In this document: positions 1 through 12,977 of the stretch, in pieces | Numbering within the stretch: position 1 is the stretch's first letter | Layout of the letters: every line of letters starts with the position of its first letter | Origin: Octopus sinensis | Lineage: Eukaryota | Length of the DNA stretch: 64,000 bases | NCBI RefSeq assembly: GCF_006345805.1 | Contig: NC_043017.1 | Span: forward strand, 18,352,001 to 18,416,000 | Direction of reading: 5' to 3' | The notes under the pieces: model-generated | The model's input: the letters and a program-made list of their open reading frames with translations, nothing else | What the model was told of the DNA's origin: nothing | Database searches by the model: none | Translations under genes and position numbers: made by a program

Positions 1-626
1 ACAGTAACAATCTGTTACCCGCCTCCATTCCCTTATTCCTCTATTCCTTCATTCTTCCTCTTCTTGTCCTTCTTACCAAATTTATTGCCACTGAAAGAGT
101 TACAATGTTCTATATATTGCCATTTGTACTCAAAGAAACAATTCATAACAGCAATCATCACAAAAGCCAGAAACACATCAAAATTTAATCAGACAATTGC
201 TGACCTTGATTCAGTTGTTTCTTTAGAAAGCAGACGTTATTACACACTCTTTGAAACTTGTGTTTTATGGTGCTTGTTGATGAATAGAAATTATAGCCTG
301 AGTCTTATTGTTCTCATTGTTGGTTACAAACAGTTTTCTGATCCCCGTTTTCACCTGTGATATTAACCCCTTCCATTCTAACTTGCCTGAGATTGCCCTT
401 CGTTTTAGGATACAGACTTCTCATTTTAAAGAGTTCAACATTAAAAATCCTCATTAAGACCTCATGTTAGTTTATGTTCCAAATGCCATTTTAATAATGG
501 TTTCAAATTTTGGCAGAGGACCAGTATTTAAAAAAAATTCTATTTATTTTGAGAGGGGAGGGGGGAAGACAGGTGGTGTACAAAACAAACAGATGTATTA
601 GTATAAAGCTCAGGAATAGAAAAAGT

Positions 627-662
627 CTTTTACGTTTCGAGCCTACGCTCTTCTACAGAAAG
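627..662 (-). ncRNA. Minimal HHR-like motif with A6U core change (F2), within PLE-like terminal repeat at about 549-712
   Basis: Minus strand reads CTTT CTGTAGA A GAGC GTAG GCTC GAAAC GTA AAAG. Related copies at 37449-37484 and 50765-50799. Confidence 0.55.
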
Positions 663-844
663 GGACACAGAAAAAACAAGGAAACAAGGAGAGAAAAAAT
701 GTGTGTAGTGGTATATATATATATATAAATGATACATTTCTAAATATCTCAGAGAGATTTATACAGTAGTGGTATGATAGAGTAGTTGTATACTGTCAAC
801 TTAATGTGACAGTCCCATGAAGGGAATCAAACTACTGCTATTTA

Positions 845-1262
845 ACCCTAAGAAGCAGCAACGCTTCCTGTCGGCCTTGACACATTTCCTGTGTCCAGAT
901 GTTAGGGGTGATGTGGTTGCAGAAATTGTCTGACAGCCATGACTGGGTTCTCCTGGCATGATGCAGATTCCTGTTGCCAGACATAGAGTCTTCCAGTAGC
1001 CATCCTCTTGATCCAGGGCAGCACTACCTCATCCAGGCACTTGATATAGGCCTCCGTGTTGAGTTAGAGGCCATGTGGGAAGATGAATGGAGGTATAACT
1101 TCACCATCACTAGTGATCACTCCAAACACCATGATGCTGACTAGATGTTTGATTTTTATCACCCTCAGTACTTGTTTTGTGTGATCATCATCTGTTCATA
1201 ATGGAGCTTCTGACGCAAATGCCAAGCAGTACAGCATGTCATTTCCAAATTTCTGGCAGCGA
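845..1262 (-). mobile_element. maT/DD37D-type Tc1/mariner transposase fragment (degenerate)
   Basis: Minus translation IMVFGVITSDGEVIPPFIFPHGL*LNTEAYIKCLDEVVLPWIKRMATGRLYVWQQES, with stops. Confidence 0.75.
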
Positions 1263-1420
1263 GAATTGCATTATGGTGTTGTTTTTCTCATAGATGGTGC
1301 CCAACTGACCCTACTATACTGTGTAGTCAACAAAATCAAAAGCAAACAATGCACATGCGCAAAATTAAAGATATAAAATGGCAACAATTTACCCATTGCA
1401 CCCTGTAAATATATATATAT

Positions 1421-1630
1421 ATCTGTAAAATAATATGTGACAATTATTTGGTAGCCAAGATAAAACTCTGAGTTTCGGATGCCGAGGTGGAAATCCACAC
1501 CACCATCACTTCGGTTATCTGGCCATCTGAAAAAACGCTATGAATAATTGTCACATATTATTTTACAGATAAATTTTCTCTCTTTACATAATATTGAGGT
1601 CTCTTTCTTTCTTTTGTTATCTTACCGATT
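1421..1630. mobile_element. Fold-back element F3, second copy
   Basis: Same arms and interior as 24941-25150. Minus strand reads GATAA CCGAAGT GATG..CATC C GAAAC TCAGA GTT TTATC. Confidence 0.55.
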
Positions 1631-1660
1631 TTACCAATACACACACACACACATATATAT

Positions 1661-2080
1661 AGGTGCAGGAGTGGCTTTGAGGTAAGAAGCTCGCTTTCCC
1701 ACCACATGGTTCCAAGTTCAGTCCTACTGCATGACACTCTGGGCAAGTGTTTTCTACTATAGCCTTGGGCCAACCAAAAACCTTGTGAGTGGATTTGGTT
1801 GATGAAAACTGAGAGAAGCCCAACGTATATATATATGTATATGTGTGTGACTGTGTGTGTGTGTATGTATTTCTTTTTGCCCCCCCCCCTACCACTACCA
1901 ATATCGCTTGATGTCCAATATTGGTGTGTTTATGTCCCTGTAACTTAGCGGCTCAGCAAAAGACACCGATAGAATAAGTACTAGGTTTACAAAGAATAAG
2001 TCCCGGGGTTGATTTGTTCGACTAAAGGTGGTGCTCCAGCATGGCCACAGTCAAATGACTGAAACGAGTAAAAGAATAAC
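1661..2080 (+). mobile_element. SINE family A (tRNA-like head, CORE-like accttgggcaagtg segment, internal TA/TG tract)
   Basis: A/B-box-like head. Many homologues, e.g. 7140-7225, 7520-7740, 15568-15759, 17825-18035, 21945-22085, 26539-26730, 55370-55875, 57040-57195, 60340-60670 and 61300-61563. Confidence 0.85.
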
Positions 2081-2383
2081 AGAATATAGATAGATAGATA
2101 GATAGATAGATAAATAGATGTATATATTAATGATGCTGATGATGGTGGTGATGGTTACAATGATGATGATAGTGTTGCTGTTGCATACCTCAAGCATTTA
2201 GTAGAATTAAAAATTCATGATTTCCTGACTCTACATACGTGTACCAGTTCATGTGCACCTGCATTTGGTAACCCTCCTCCCCTACCACCACCACCACCAC
2301 CTCCCACTCCACTACACAACATGCACATATGCACATACTCTCTCTCCCTATCCCTCACTCATTCAATCTATCTGTCTATCTGC

Positions 2384-2464
<81 letters not shown>

Positions 2465-2508
2465 GTGTAAAATCTACCTATCTTTGTGTTTGTGTATGTC
2501 TCTTCTTT

Positions 2509-2546
<38 letters not shown>

Positions 2547-3329
2547 CTATCTGCCTGTCTCTGAGAGTGCACTTGTGTGTGTTTATGTTTGCCTCTGTCC
2601 CTCTCTCTCCCTATATATTTATGTAAAAATCTACCTTTCTTTGTGTATCTCCCCCCCCCCCGCAGACACCTACACTCAGTTCTCTGCTAACCAGTGAAGA
2701 AACATTGGTGCCATGTTACCATAATAAAGGCTGCTGCTGTGTGTCTGTCTTTCATAACGATACTTAACTTCTGACACTTAATCACTTAATTTCATATAGA
2801 TTCCTATACAAATATAGGCACATTCGTAGATCTACCCACCCACATACCCTTTATGTCTTCATGTGGATGTGTGTGTGTATAAAAACAACAGCATCAGTGC
2901 CAAGCGGTGATTAGGAATAAAGAAGTTTCAGATTAGTAAAAATATGTTTCTGCCATATTTGAAACTTCTAAAGGCAAATTCTCGTTTTGATTAGCAGGGA
3001 ATATTGGCCTGCTTGCCTAGCTAGCAGGGGGTCAACATTTGCAGGCTAAAATAATGCAAAGCACATTGTGACTAGCGATGTGTAACATCATCTGATAGTC
3101 TGGTTGGTCATGTGATCACACGAAAAGCAAATTCTCTGCTGTTACCATGGAGAAAAAAATTGTCTCTTGTGGTAAAAGGTGTAAAGAACGCCATATCTAC
3201 CAAATGCTTCCTTCTAGTGGGAAAATTCATCATAACAAAAGCTTTAACTAAAAAAACTTTATTTCTCCATGGCAACTACAGTGAATTTGCCTTTAGAAGT
3301 TTGAATATGTCTTTTGGTGAGTGGATACA

Positions 3330-3495
3330 CAACTTTCTAAAATATAAAATCAGGTAGTAGTAACCAATGAGGCTACCTCCAAGGAATTGCAAATAATGCA
3401 TGGTGTCCCACAGGTCACTGTCTTGGGGCCACTACTGTTTGTAATGCCCCTCCTGTACATGCCTTCAGCTGCTCAGATAGCCAGCCTTTAGAAAA
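3330..3495 (+). mobile_element. CR1/L2-type reverse transcriptase fragment
   Basis: GVPQVTVLGPLLFV from 3402 corresponds to the GVPQGSVLGPLLF motif. Confidence 0.6.
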
Positions 3496-3623
3496 TCAGG
3501 TAAAAAAAAAAATACCCCTATAGACAGAAAAAAAAGTGGCCAACAGCTGCTACAAAGAATTGAACTCTCAACCTTTATCAATACACATGTTTATTCCAAC
3601 ACAGATGCACGTGCACTCATATA

Positions 3624-3836
3624 CAGAGTCCCTCACAAAAATGTATACACACTCCAGGAAAGGTAAAACCTGTATAAATATTTAAATTCAGTGTTATTGC
3701 AATTTATTCTGTGTTATCACAATTTCATAAAACATTTATATTTATATTTATTGGGGTACTTATACGAGCTAAATATTTATACAGGTTTTTTTTTTTCCTT
3801 TCATGAAGTGTGTATACATTTATTTGGCAGACTCTG
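3624..3836. mobile_element. Tc1-type MITE
   Basis: Long imperfect TIRs CAGAGTC..CCTGTATAAATATTTA / TAAATATTTATACAGG..GACTCTG, flanked by TA. Confidence 0.75.
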
Positions 3837-3997
3837 TATATGTATACATGCATACATACATATACGCAAATCATGTACATTCATATATACACACAAAAAT
3901 GTGTACTCACAGAGATGGTAACACCAATACAGAGAGACATACACAAACACTCACCATATGAATACATACTCATAGACTTATGTTTATACAAAATACC

Positions 3998-4223
3998 TAT
4001 TTCTTTACTACCCACAAGGGGTTAAACACAGAGGGGACAATCAAAGACAGACAAACGGATTAAGTCGATTATATCGGCCCCAGTGTGTAACTGGTACTTA
4101 GTTTATCGACCCCGAAAGGATGAAAGGCAAAGTCAACTCAGAATTTGAACTCAGAATGTAGCGGCAGACGAAATACTGCTGAGCATTTCGCCCGGCGTGC
4201 AAACGATTCTGCCAGCTCGCCGC
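3998..4223 (-). mobile_element. SINE family B (ggcggcgagctggcagaa head)
   Basis: B-box-like GAGTTCAAATTC. Homologues at 4970-5195, 23500-23680, 41735-41945, 41950-42167, 52730-53048 and 55900-56098. Confidence 0.85.
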
Positions 4224-4938
4224 ATTACAAAATACCCTTTTCTGTATTCTTTAGATAACCTGATTATCAAAGTGACAATAAATCTTTTTGCATATTTAAT
4301 ATCTGATACAAACTGAATGGTTTAATGTGTCTTTGATCTTAAAGATAGAAAGCAGCGATTTGAGAGAAATTTGGTTGCTATTTCAGGCACATAGAACCAC
4401 TAAGGGCATGGCCTAGTGGTTAGGGTGTTTCGCTCATGATCACTAGATCATGGGTTTGATTCACAAACTGGGCAGCACATTGTATCCTCAAGCAAAACAT
4501 GTTGTTCCCGTCCACTCAGCTGTAAATGGATGACCCCTGCAATGGACTAGCCTTCCAATCAGGGGCAATGTTGGCCTGCTTGCCAACCGATAGGGGTGAC
4601 ATCATTTCAAAGCTAAAGAAAAAAATGCAAAGTGCATTGTGACCAGCGATGTATAACAACATCTGATAACCTGGTTGATAGTGTGAAAATGACTACATCA
4701 AAGCCCAGTCAGCAAGCTGGCTGACTCATTTGCAGATCAGAGAACATGCAAAACAGTATTTCTTCTGGTTCTTTACATTCTCAGCTCTAATCCTACAAAG
4801 GTTAGTATCACTTTTTACCCTTTCAAAGTAATAGAATAAACTACAGTGAAGGAGTGGGATTGACGTAATTGTCTAGCACCACTTTCTCTCAAATTTCTGG
4901 CTTTGTACCAGAATTTGCAAGAATTATTATTATTATTA

Positions 4939-4969
<31 letters not shown>

Positions 4970-5980
4970 GTGAAGGCAGTGAGCTGGCAGAATTGTTAGC
5001 ATGCAGGGCAAAATGCTTAGCAGCATTTCATCCATCCGTCTTCACATTCTGAGTTCAAATTCTGCTGAGGTTGACTTTACCTTTCATCCTTTCAGGGGGC
5101 GATAAATTAAGTACCAGTGAAACACTGGGGTCAATTAAATCAACTGGTCCCCTCCCCCAAAATTTCAGGCCTTGTGCCTACAGTAGAAAGGATTATTATT
5201 ATTATTATTGTTTTTGTCCTCCAACTCTTCCTCTTCTCCTCCACTTCCTCCTCCTTCTCTTCCTCTTCTCCTCCACTTCCTCCTCCTTCTCCTCCTCTTT
5301 CTTCTTCCTCTTCTTCTTTAAAGAAACTTTAGGAAAGTTTAATTTTTCTTCCTTTCAAAAACATTTATTTCCCAAATGCTTTGAATCTAATTTAAAAACC
5401 ATGAAGTATGAAAGGGGTTTTTTTTTGAGAGCATATTTCATAACGATAAAATCTACTCCACGATTCAATTATTTCTGTTATAAATATTGAAAAAAATAAG
5501 CATGATAACAAATTCATTAACCTAATATATATGTATATATTATGTGTGTGTGTGTGTGTGTGTATAAATATATATATACACACACACATCTATATGCATC
5601 TATATATTGGTAGGCGAAGGAGCGAATTAAAAGATTACATTCTTGGAATTTATATGGTTAGCTAATATTTCACTGTTGGAACCATAAACTTATTGGGTTA
5701 CAAATAAAAAGGAATTGTTTCCGTCTCTGTGTGGTGGTGGGGATGACGATGAAGGTAGTGGTGGTGGTGGTGGTGGTGGCAGTAACCAATTGTAGTACTG
5801 ATGGTGATAGGGGTTATGTAAGTGGTGACACTGATGGTAGTGGTGGTGGTGCTGCTGCTGGTAGTGGTGATGGTTTTGGCAATAGTGGTGGTGGTGGCGG
5901 TTGTGGTTTTGTGCTGGTTATGCTAGTAACTGTAATGGGGTTATTGGTTGTAGCAGAGACCAATGGTAATGGGAGTGATT

Positions 5981-6590
5981 GGTGGAGGTGATGGTGGTGA
6001 TGGTAGCAGTGGTGGAAAAAGTGGTGGTGGTTGCAGCAGTGGTGGTGGTGGCAGTGGTGGTGGTGGCAGTAGTTGTGGTGGTGGTGGCAGTGGTGGTGGT
6101 GGTGGTGGCAGCAGTGGTGGTGGCAGTAGTGGTGGTGGTGGCAGTAGTGGTGGTGGTGATGGCAGTAGTGGTGGTGATGGTGGCAGTGGTGGTGGTGGTG
6201 GTGGCAGTAGTGGTGGTGGTGGAGGCAGTGGTGGTGGTGGCAGTAGTGGTGGTGGTGGTGGCGGCAGTGGTGGTGGTGGCAGTAGTGGTGGTGGTGGTGG
6301 TGGTGGCAGCAGTGGTGGTGGTGGCAGTAGTGGTGGTGGTGGTGGTGGTGGCAGCAGTGGTGGTGGTGGCAGTAGTGGTGGTGATGGCAGCATTGGTGGT
6401 GGTGGTGGTGATGATAGCAGTGGTAGTGGTGGCAGAAGTGGTGGTGGCAGCAGTGGTGGTGGTGGCAGCAGTGGTGGTGATGGCAGCATTGGTAGTGGTG
6501 GTGATGATAGCAGTGGTGGTGGTGGCAGCAGTGGTGGTGGTGGCGGCAGTGGTGGTGGTGGTGGTGGTGGCAGCAGTGGTGGTGGTGGTG
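5981..6590. repeat. (GGT)n / GGTGGCAGT(AGT) compound minisatellite
   Basis: Triplet-based repeat open in several frames on both strands. Degenerate extension at 5730-5940. Confidence 0.95.
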
Positions 6591-8171
6591 TGTTCTTGCT
6601 GTAGTTGTTGTTTAACCCAGGCCAACCCCAGTTCAGTAGACCTATGATCAATGCCACTCCACCTCTGACACCCACCCCACCCTACTGTATCTAGATCTAA
6701 ATGTTTTCCTACATTTTAGATAGTAGAAAGTGATTTAAGGGACATTTGGCTGCTATTTCTACTAAAGCAGACTCAAGTTGTTAAACCCCAGGTTGGGCCT
6801 GATGAAGTGATCCCACAATATGAAATATTCCATTCATGACCTCACCATCTTTCTCTCAGACATAGCATATCTTGGAATGCAATGCATAATTTGTCCTTCT
6901 CTTCTCAAGATTGCAGAGCAAGATTTAAGGGTCTTGACTGCTATTTCTAGCTGAATGCATTAAGTGGAAATCACCTTGTTCCTAGCATTTGGACCAAGTC
7001 TCTTGTTTCAGGATCGCCTCCATGTTTGCTCCCACTAACCCCAGTGGTTTCAAAGAAAAAAGGGCATACCTGCCCTTTTCTCTGCCTAATAAAAAACAAC
7101 AACAACAAAAAAACAATTAAAATTCTAAAAAAAAATAATGTCTTCTACTATAGCCCTTGGCCAACCACCAATGCCTTGTGAGTGAATTTGGTAGATAGAA
7201 ACTGTATGGAAGCCCATCATACACACACACACACACATACACACAACTTTGTTTGGGTTTTTTTATGTTTAACTACAATAAAAATAATTTTACATTAATC
7301 TGAGGTGTTACTAAGTACGTTTGTAGAGTATATGTTTATTCTTAGACAAAAATATTGTTGACAGTGACTTCAAAGTTTTGGCCAGTTAAAGCCATTATTG
7401 GATTGCCTGCTGATGGCTTAACTGGACATAAGTTCGAAGTTACTGTCACAAATTTCTTGTTCATGAATAAATATGTGTGTGTATGTGTGCGTGTGTATGT
7501 TTGTGTCTCGCCACCTCCACATTGCTAAATAACCAGTGTCGATTTGTTTATATCCCAGTAACTAAACGATTTGACAAATGAAACCAATGGAATACGCACG
7601 CATTAGACTTTAAAAACCACAAAAAAAAACCCCATAAATATTGGAGTTGATTTGTTGAGATCAACTAAAATCCTTCAGAATGGTGCTCCAGTCTGGCCAC
7701 AGGCCGATGACTGAAAGAAGTAAATAAAAAAAAAGAGTTAAAAAATGGCACAGTAAAGAAAAGGAGAATAAATTAAGTTTCAATTTTCTTGGGTGGATAA
7801 TTAGGTGACAGGGTCATTCTTAGCCCTATTTCCCCACTCCCTGTCCCCTCCAGTGCCCCAACCCACTCTCACTCCCAGCTTTGAGAATTTTGTTAAGGGT
7901 ATAGGGATGGTATTGAGTATAAAAGGGTCATAAGGGGTTGTTAGGAGACAAAGTATCCTTTGACCCCTTCACATTCAATGTATTGACCCCTTTAATACCA
8001 TCCTGGACTGAGTCTGTCTGTCTGTCTGTGCATCTGTATGTACTAAAGTGTTTGTATTTAAATTAAAATGTCGTTATAACATAAATGTATCAGGAGATTT
8101 AAATGGCACTAATTAGTGACGGTTTTGGCCATGACATTTACTCAAGAAATGACAACCCCATCATTAGTTAA

Positions 8172-8248
<77 letters not shown>

Positions 8249-8454
8249 GGATATGTATGATTGTGTATAGAGGAATATATTACTGCAAGAAATTCCAACT
8301 TTGATTTTCACGTTTTATTTAGAATCTTATAATACTATAAGATAATGAAAAGATTGAATATTAAATGTTCATTCTGAATGAACGTGTACTTATATGCATT
8401 AAACTATGCAATCTTCAGGTTCATATAGTAGTGGTGACACATTTTACAATTTAC

Positions 8455-8490
<36 letters not shown>

Positions 8491-8520
8491 CGCTAAATGA
8501 TGATGATATATATATATATA

Positions 8521-8737
8521 TTCGCATTGTTTTAGCCTTCGAATGACGCCACCCCGCTGGCTAAGCGAGCAGGCCAACAGAAGAAAGAGTGGTGAAAGAG
8601 TACAGCAGGGATCACCATCCCCTGCCGGAGCCTCGTGGAGCTTTTAGGTGTTTTTGCTCAATAAACACTCACAACGCCCGGTCTGGGAATCGAAACCGCG
8701 AGTCTGCTGCCCTAACCACTAGGCCATTGCGCCTCCA

Positions 8738-8809
<72 letters not shown>

Positions 8810-9350
8810 CCGGGCGTTGTGAGTGTTTATTGAGCAAAAACACCTAAAAGCTCCACGAGGCTCCAGCAGGGGATGGTGATCCCTGCTGTACTCTTTCACC
8901 ACTCTTTCTTCTGTTGGCCTGCTTGCTTAGCCAGCGGGGTGGCGTCATTCGAAGGCTAAAACAATGCGAACGCATTGTGACCAGCGATGTGTAACAACAT
9001 CTGATGGTCTGGTCGGTCACGTGATCACGTGATATATATATATATGTGGAGGCGCAATGGCCTAGTGGTTAGGGCAGCAGACACACGGTCGTAGGATCGC
9101 GGTTTCGATTCCCAGACAGGGCGTTGTGAGTGTTTATTGAACGAAAACACCTATAGCTCCACGAGGCTCCTGCAGGGGGGTGATGGCGATCCTTGCTGTA
9201 CTCTTTCGCCACAACTTTCTCTCACTCTTTTTTCTGTTGGCCTGCTCGCTTAGCCAGCGGGGTGGCGTCATTTGAAGGCTAAAACAATGTGAAGCGCATT
9301 GTGACCAGCGATGTGTAGCAACATCTGATAACCTGGTCAGTCACGGTGAT
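8521..9350. mobile_element. Cluster of three SINE family C copies: 8521-8738 (-), 8806-9033 (+), 9046-9350 (+)
   Basis: tRNA-like head TGGCCTAGTGG..GGTTTCGATTCC and tail ggtcggtcacg(g)tgat. Confidence 0.9.
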
Positions 9351-9719
9351 ATATATATATATATATACTGAAAAACTGCTGCAATAAGTTTGTAAATCTG
9401 AGAGAGGAATATGTTGAATGAAATCATAATTAACTGATCCTCCTATATTTTCTTTTACTCAAAGCCAGGAAATTTTCAGCTTCCCTTGCATATGTATGTA
9501 TAAGGCTTGCTGAGGGCACCTGTCCTAGTAGTTGGGGGGGGGGGTGAGTTTGCACTCATAATCACGAGATCATGGTTTCAATTCCTATATAGTGTGTGTT
9601 TGAGTGTGTTTGTGTGTATGTTTGTATGTGAGTGTGTTTGTGTGTGAGTGTGAGTGAGTGTGAGTGCATGTGTGTGAGTTTATGTGAGTGTATGGGTATG
9701 TGTGTGTGAATGTGTGTGT

Positions 9720-9767
<48 letters not shown>

Positions 9768-12753
9768 TGTGTGTGTGTGTCTTTGCTTTGACATTTCTTG
9801 ATAGTTGCAATGCAAACATGTATCATCACCATCTTGCAAACAGTGTTATTCATTTCCAACCAACCTTGAAAACATACCTGTCCTGTGGGGGGGGGGGACA
9901 GGTGAGGGCTGGTGACAGGAAGGGCATCCAGCCATAGAGAAAACCTACTTCAATGAATTCCATCCAATCCATACAAGTACAGAGAAGTGGAGATTAAAAC
10001 AATGATTATGATGCTGATGATGAAGATGATGATGATGATGATGATGTGTATATGCAAATAGGCATATACAGCAGGCCTTAAAGAGGCACATGTGTATTCA
10101 TAGAACTTGATTCCTTCTTTATTTTAGTGAACTCTCATTTGTTGTTCATGATGAGAGAATCCATAGGTACAGACGTGGTTGTGTGGTAAGCAGCTTGCTT
10201 CCCAACCACATGGTTCCAGGTTCATGGTTCTTTAACAACTTGTATCCACAACCTCAAATCCCAATATGTTCCCTATACCCTGTCTAAGTCCACTGGGAGA
10301 CTCCCTCATACAACACTAATCTCAGCATCTGCAAATTGTTTAAGGAAATTGCTAACCATCCTTCACAACCACAGCTCCTTATTACTTAATAGATTCTCAG
10401 TTGTAATACTCTCTTGTAAACACAAGGTCTACTCATCATTTGCCCATTTTATTAAATTTATCCTTAATTACAATTAACATTGGGGTACAACTAGGTCGAC
10501 CTAGCAACTTACACCCTTCCACTACTACCACCCTTTTCTACTAAATTATTCTCATGATTACCTTTGTACATTCCTCTTACCCACCACATCCCACCTCCCT
10601 CACAGCTCCTTCCTCCTCACAAGTTGTATTCTTTCCCCATTCACTCATATCTCCTCTTCAATGAAAAGCACCTACATCTATCCCACTCCCTTAGCTACTA
10701 ACCTATCAACCCCTGCCTCCCTCTCTATCCACCTCCCTCTGTTCAATTCCATACATCTCTGCATACCTCAGCACTCCCCCTCCACCACCAACCCACTTTC
10801 ATTATAGTACTAACTACTGCTACCTTGATTACTGACTGACCCCGCCCACACACACACAAACTCACTTGTCCACCTTCTTCATACCTTTCTACATACCTTA
10901 GTAATCACCCTTCCCTGCCAAGTTAACTTCTTTCAAATTACCCTTCAACCACCCTAGAACCATCTATGAATTAGACACCTTCCCTCCCTCAAATAATTGC
11001 CATCCCTTTTTTCACTATCTCAACTTCCCATAGTTCAATAGCCATTATTCCTAAACTTTGACCCCTCTCCACAAACCCTTCAATTGCTACCCTCATTCTT
11101 AAACACCCTCTCTTCCTGAACTGACTCCCTTATCTCCTCTCACCCTTCCCTGCCTCAACACTCCCTCATAACCCCACCAAGCCCCCTACTTCCTCCCTAT
11201 AATACTTCTTGCTCTCCACATTTAAGCATTCAGCCTTTAAACTTCTCTGCATCAGGATCTGAAATGTAAGGTCTTTTTCCAACCCTGATGACAAAGGTTC
11301 AATCTATCCAATGTTTATTTGTTTCCATTGTGGCCTGTATATTGTGGTGAACTACATCTATCAGCATTATGATGGATCTCTGAGACCCTGCTCCAGAAAC
11401 AAATGTTGGGCTTATAACACCTTAACTCCTCCCCTTTAATGTGTTGTGTCCTTGAGCAAGACACTTTATTTCACATTGCTTCAGTCCACTCAGTTGGCAA
11501 AAATGAGTAGCACCTGTAATTCAAAGGGCCAGCCTTGTAACACTCTGCATCATGCTGAATCTCCCTGAGAACTACATTAAGGGTATACACATGTCTGTGG
11601 AATTCTCAGCCACTTGCACATTAATTTCTCAAGCAAGCTGTTCTGTTGATCATATCAGTTGGGAACCTCGTCGTCTTAACCAACGGAGTGCTCCTATTAT
11701 TATTCATTCCATGCCATGTGACTTAGATGCCCCCCTGATCATTGTCTGGCATCAGAAAGGTGACTGTTGACCTCTGTGACTGTTGTCTTTTGAAATCCAT
11801 AAATACAAATGCAACCTCACATCACCACACAATATACACAGGGTCAAACAACAAAACAGAAATATTTCAAACAAAAATTACCTCTAACACAAGAATCAAT
11901 CAGGCATTAACTGTGACCTAAAAAAAAATACTCCAAACCTGAAAATTATGATCTAACCTCATATAATAACCTATATCTGTTGCCTTTGAACAATCCTATT
12001 TTCCTCTTCTAACCAGTCCATTTATATTATTCTACATTTACTTAATAATCCTGTCACGACTGGTTTGACATATGTAGTTAAACAATGAGGTCAAAATAAG
12101 AGCGAAACATCCCAGAATTTTCTCCCTTTACATATTGTCATGGTGTGAGTCATTGACACCCCTGGCAGATTGGAGAATGGACTAGCCGAACTCTTATAAA
12201 GAGTAGTAGTCAGTGGTAGTGGGCAGAGCATTTTGGTAGTCTTGCAAACACATTGATTAAACCTCCACTTCATTATTAATATGTCCAGTGTGTGACAAGG
12301 ATATAAAACATTGAAATATCAAAAGTACTATTTGTCATTGGTTAATATTGATTTTGTCTTGCTATATATTTATTTTAGTTAGATTTGGTTACTCTCTACA
12401 TTAACCTTTTAGCATTTAAACCAACCATATCTGGTCCAAATATTGACACCTGTTTTATGTACAGACTTGCCATATTCACCCTCTCACACCTACACTACAA
12501 TGTCATACTAAAAATAAACAAGCATATCATCGAAATCTCAGTACAAAAAGATAATACCTGATTAATTCAAAACAATGTGAATAAATAAGTATTACACTTG
12601 ACAGAATAATCTTGATTAAATATGTTAGCAATATGTTAGCATGAAATGCAGAAGAAAAAAACCCACAAGATCCAATCCAAAAATAGAAGTATTTTAAAAA
12701 ATCAAAGAATATCACCTAAGTTATGGCTGGCTGGGGGAAAACTGTTTACTTAA

Positions 12754-12973
12754 CCCTTTTGATACCAACCCGGCTGAAACCGGCTTTGGCTCTGAGCACA
12801 AATGTCTCGTTTTCATAAGTTTTGAATTAAAATCTTCCAATAAACCTTAGTCACAATCTATGTTCCTAACACTAGCTGAATAATAACTAACTTATTTTAC
12901 TAAATTCTTTGTTACATTTAAAGTAATTGAAAGAAACATGAAGCATCTCAAAATAAATACAGTAACGAAAGGG
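12754..12973. mobile_element. piggyBac-type MITE
   Basis: TTAA-CCCTTT...AAAGGG-TTAA. The same family occurs reversed at 63775-63964. Confidence 0.75.
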
Positions 12974-12977
12974 TTAA

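Noticed and set aside
5918-6675. Long poly-Thr, poly-Pro, Gly/Ser and poly-Val ORFs
   Set aside because: Four overlapping frames are open because the repeat is stop-free. There is no signal peptide or splice context. Kept only as a low-interest repeat.
9046-9120. tRNA-like sequences at SINE heads
   Set aside because: They have A/B boxes but no complete cloverleaf, and they run straight into SINE bodies. Not tRNA genes.
11290-11370. FHCGLYI..GE fragment resembling a GIY-YIG motif within a C-rich degenerate tract (10260-11420)
   Set aside because: Too short and frameshifted to call a PLE with confidence.
12195-12214. TATAAA followed by an Inr-like TCAGT as a possible SLC35A promoter
   Set aside because: The spacing is about 15 bp rather than about 30 bp, and there is no other support.
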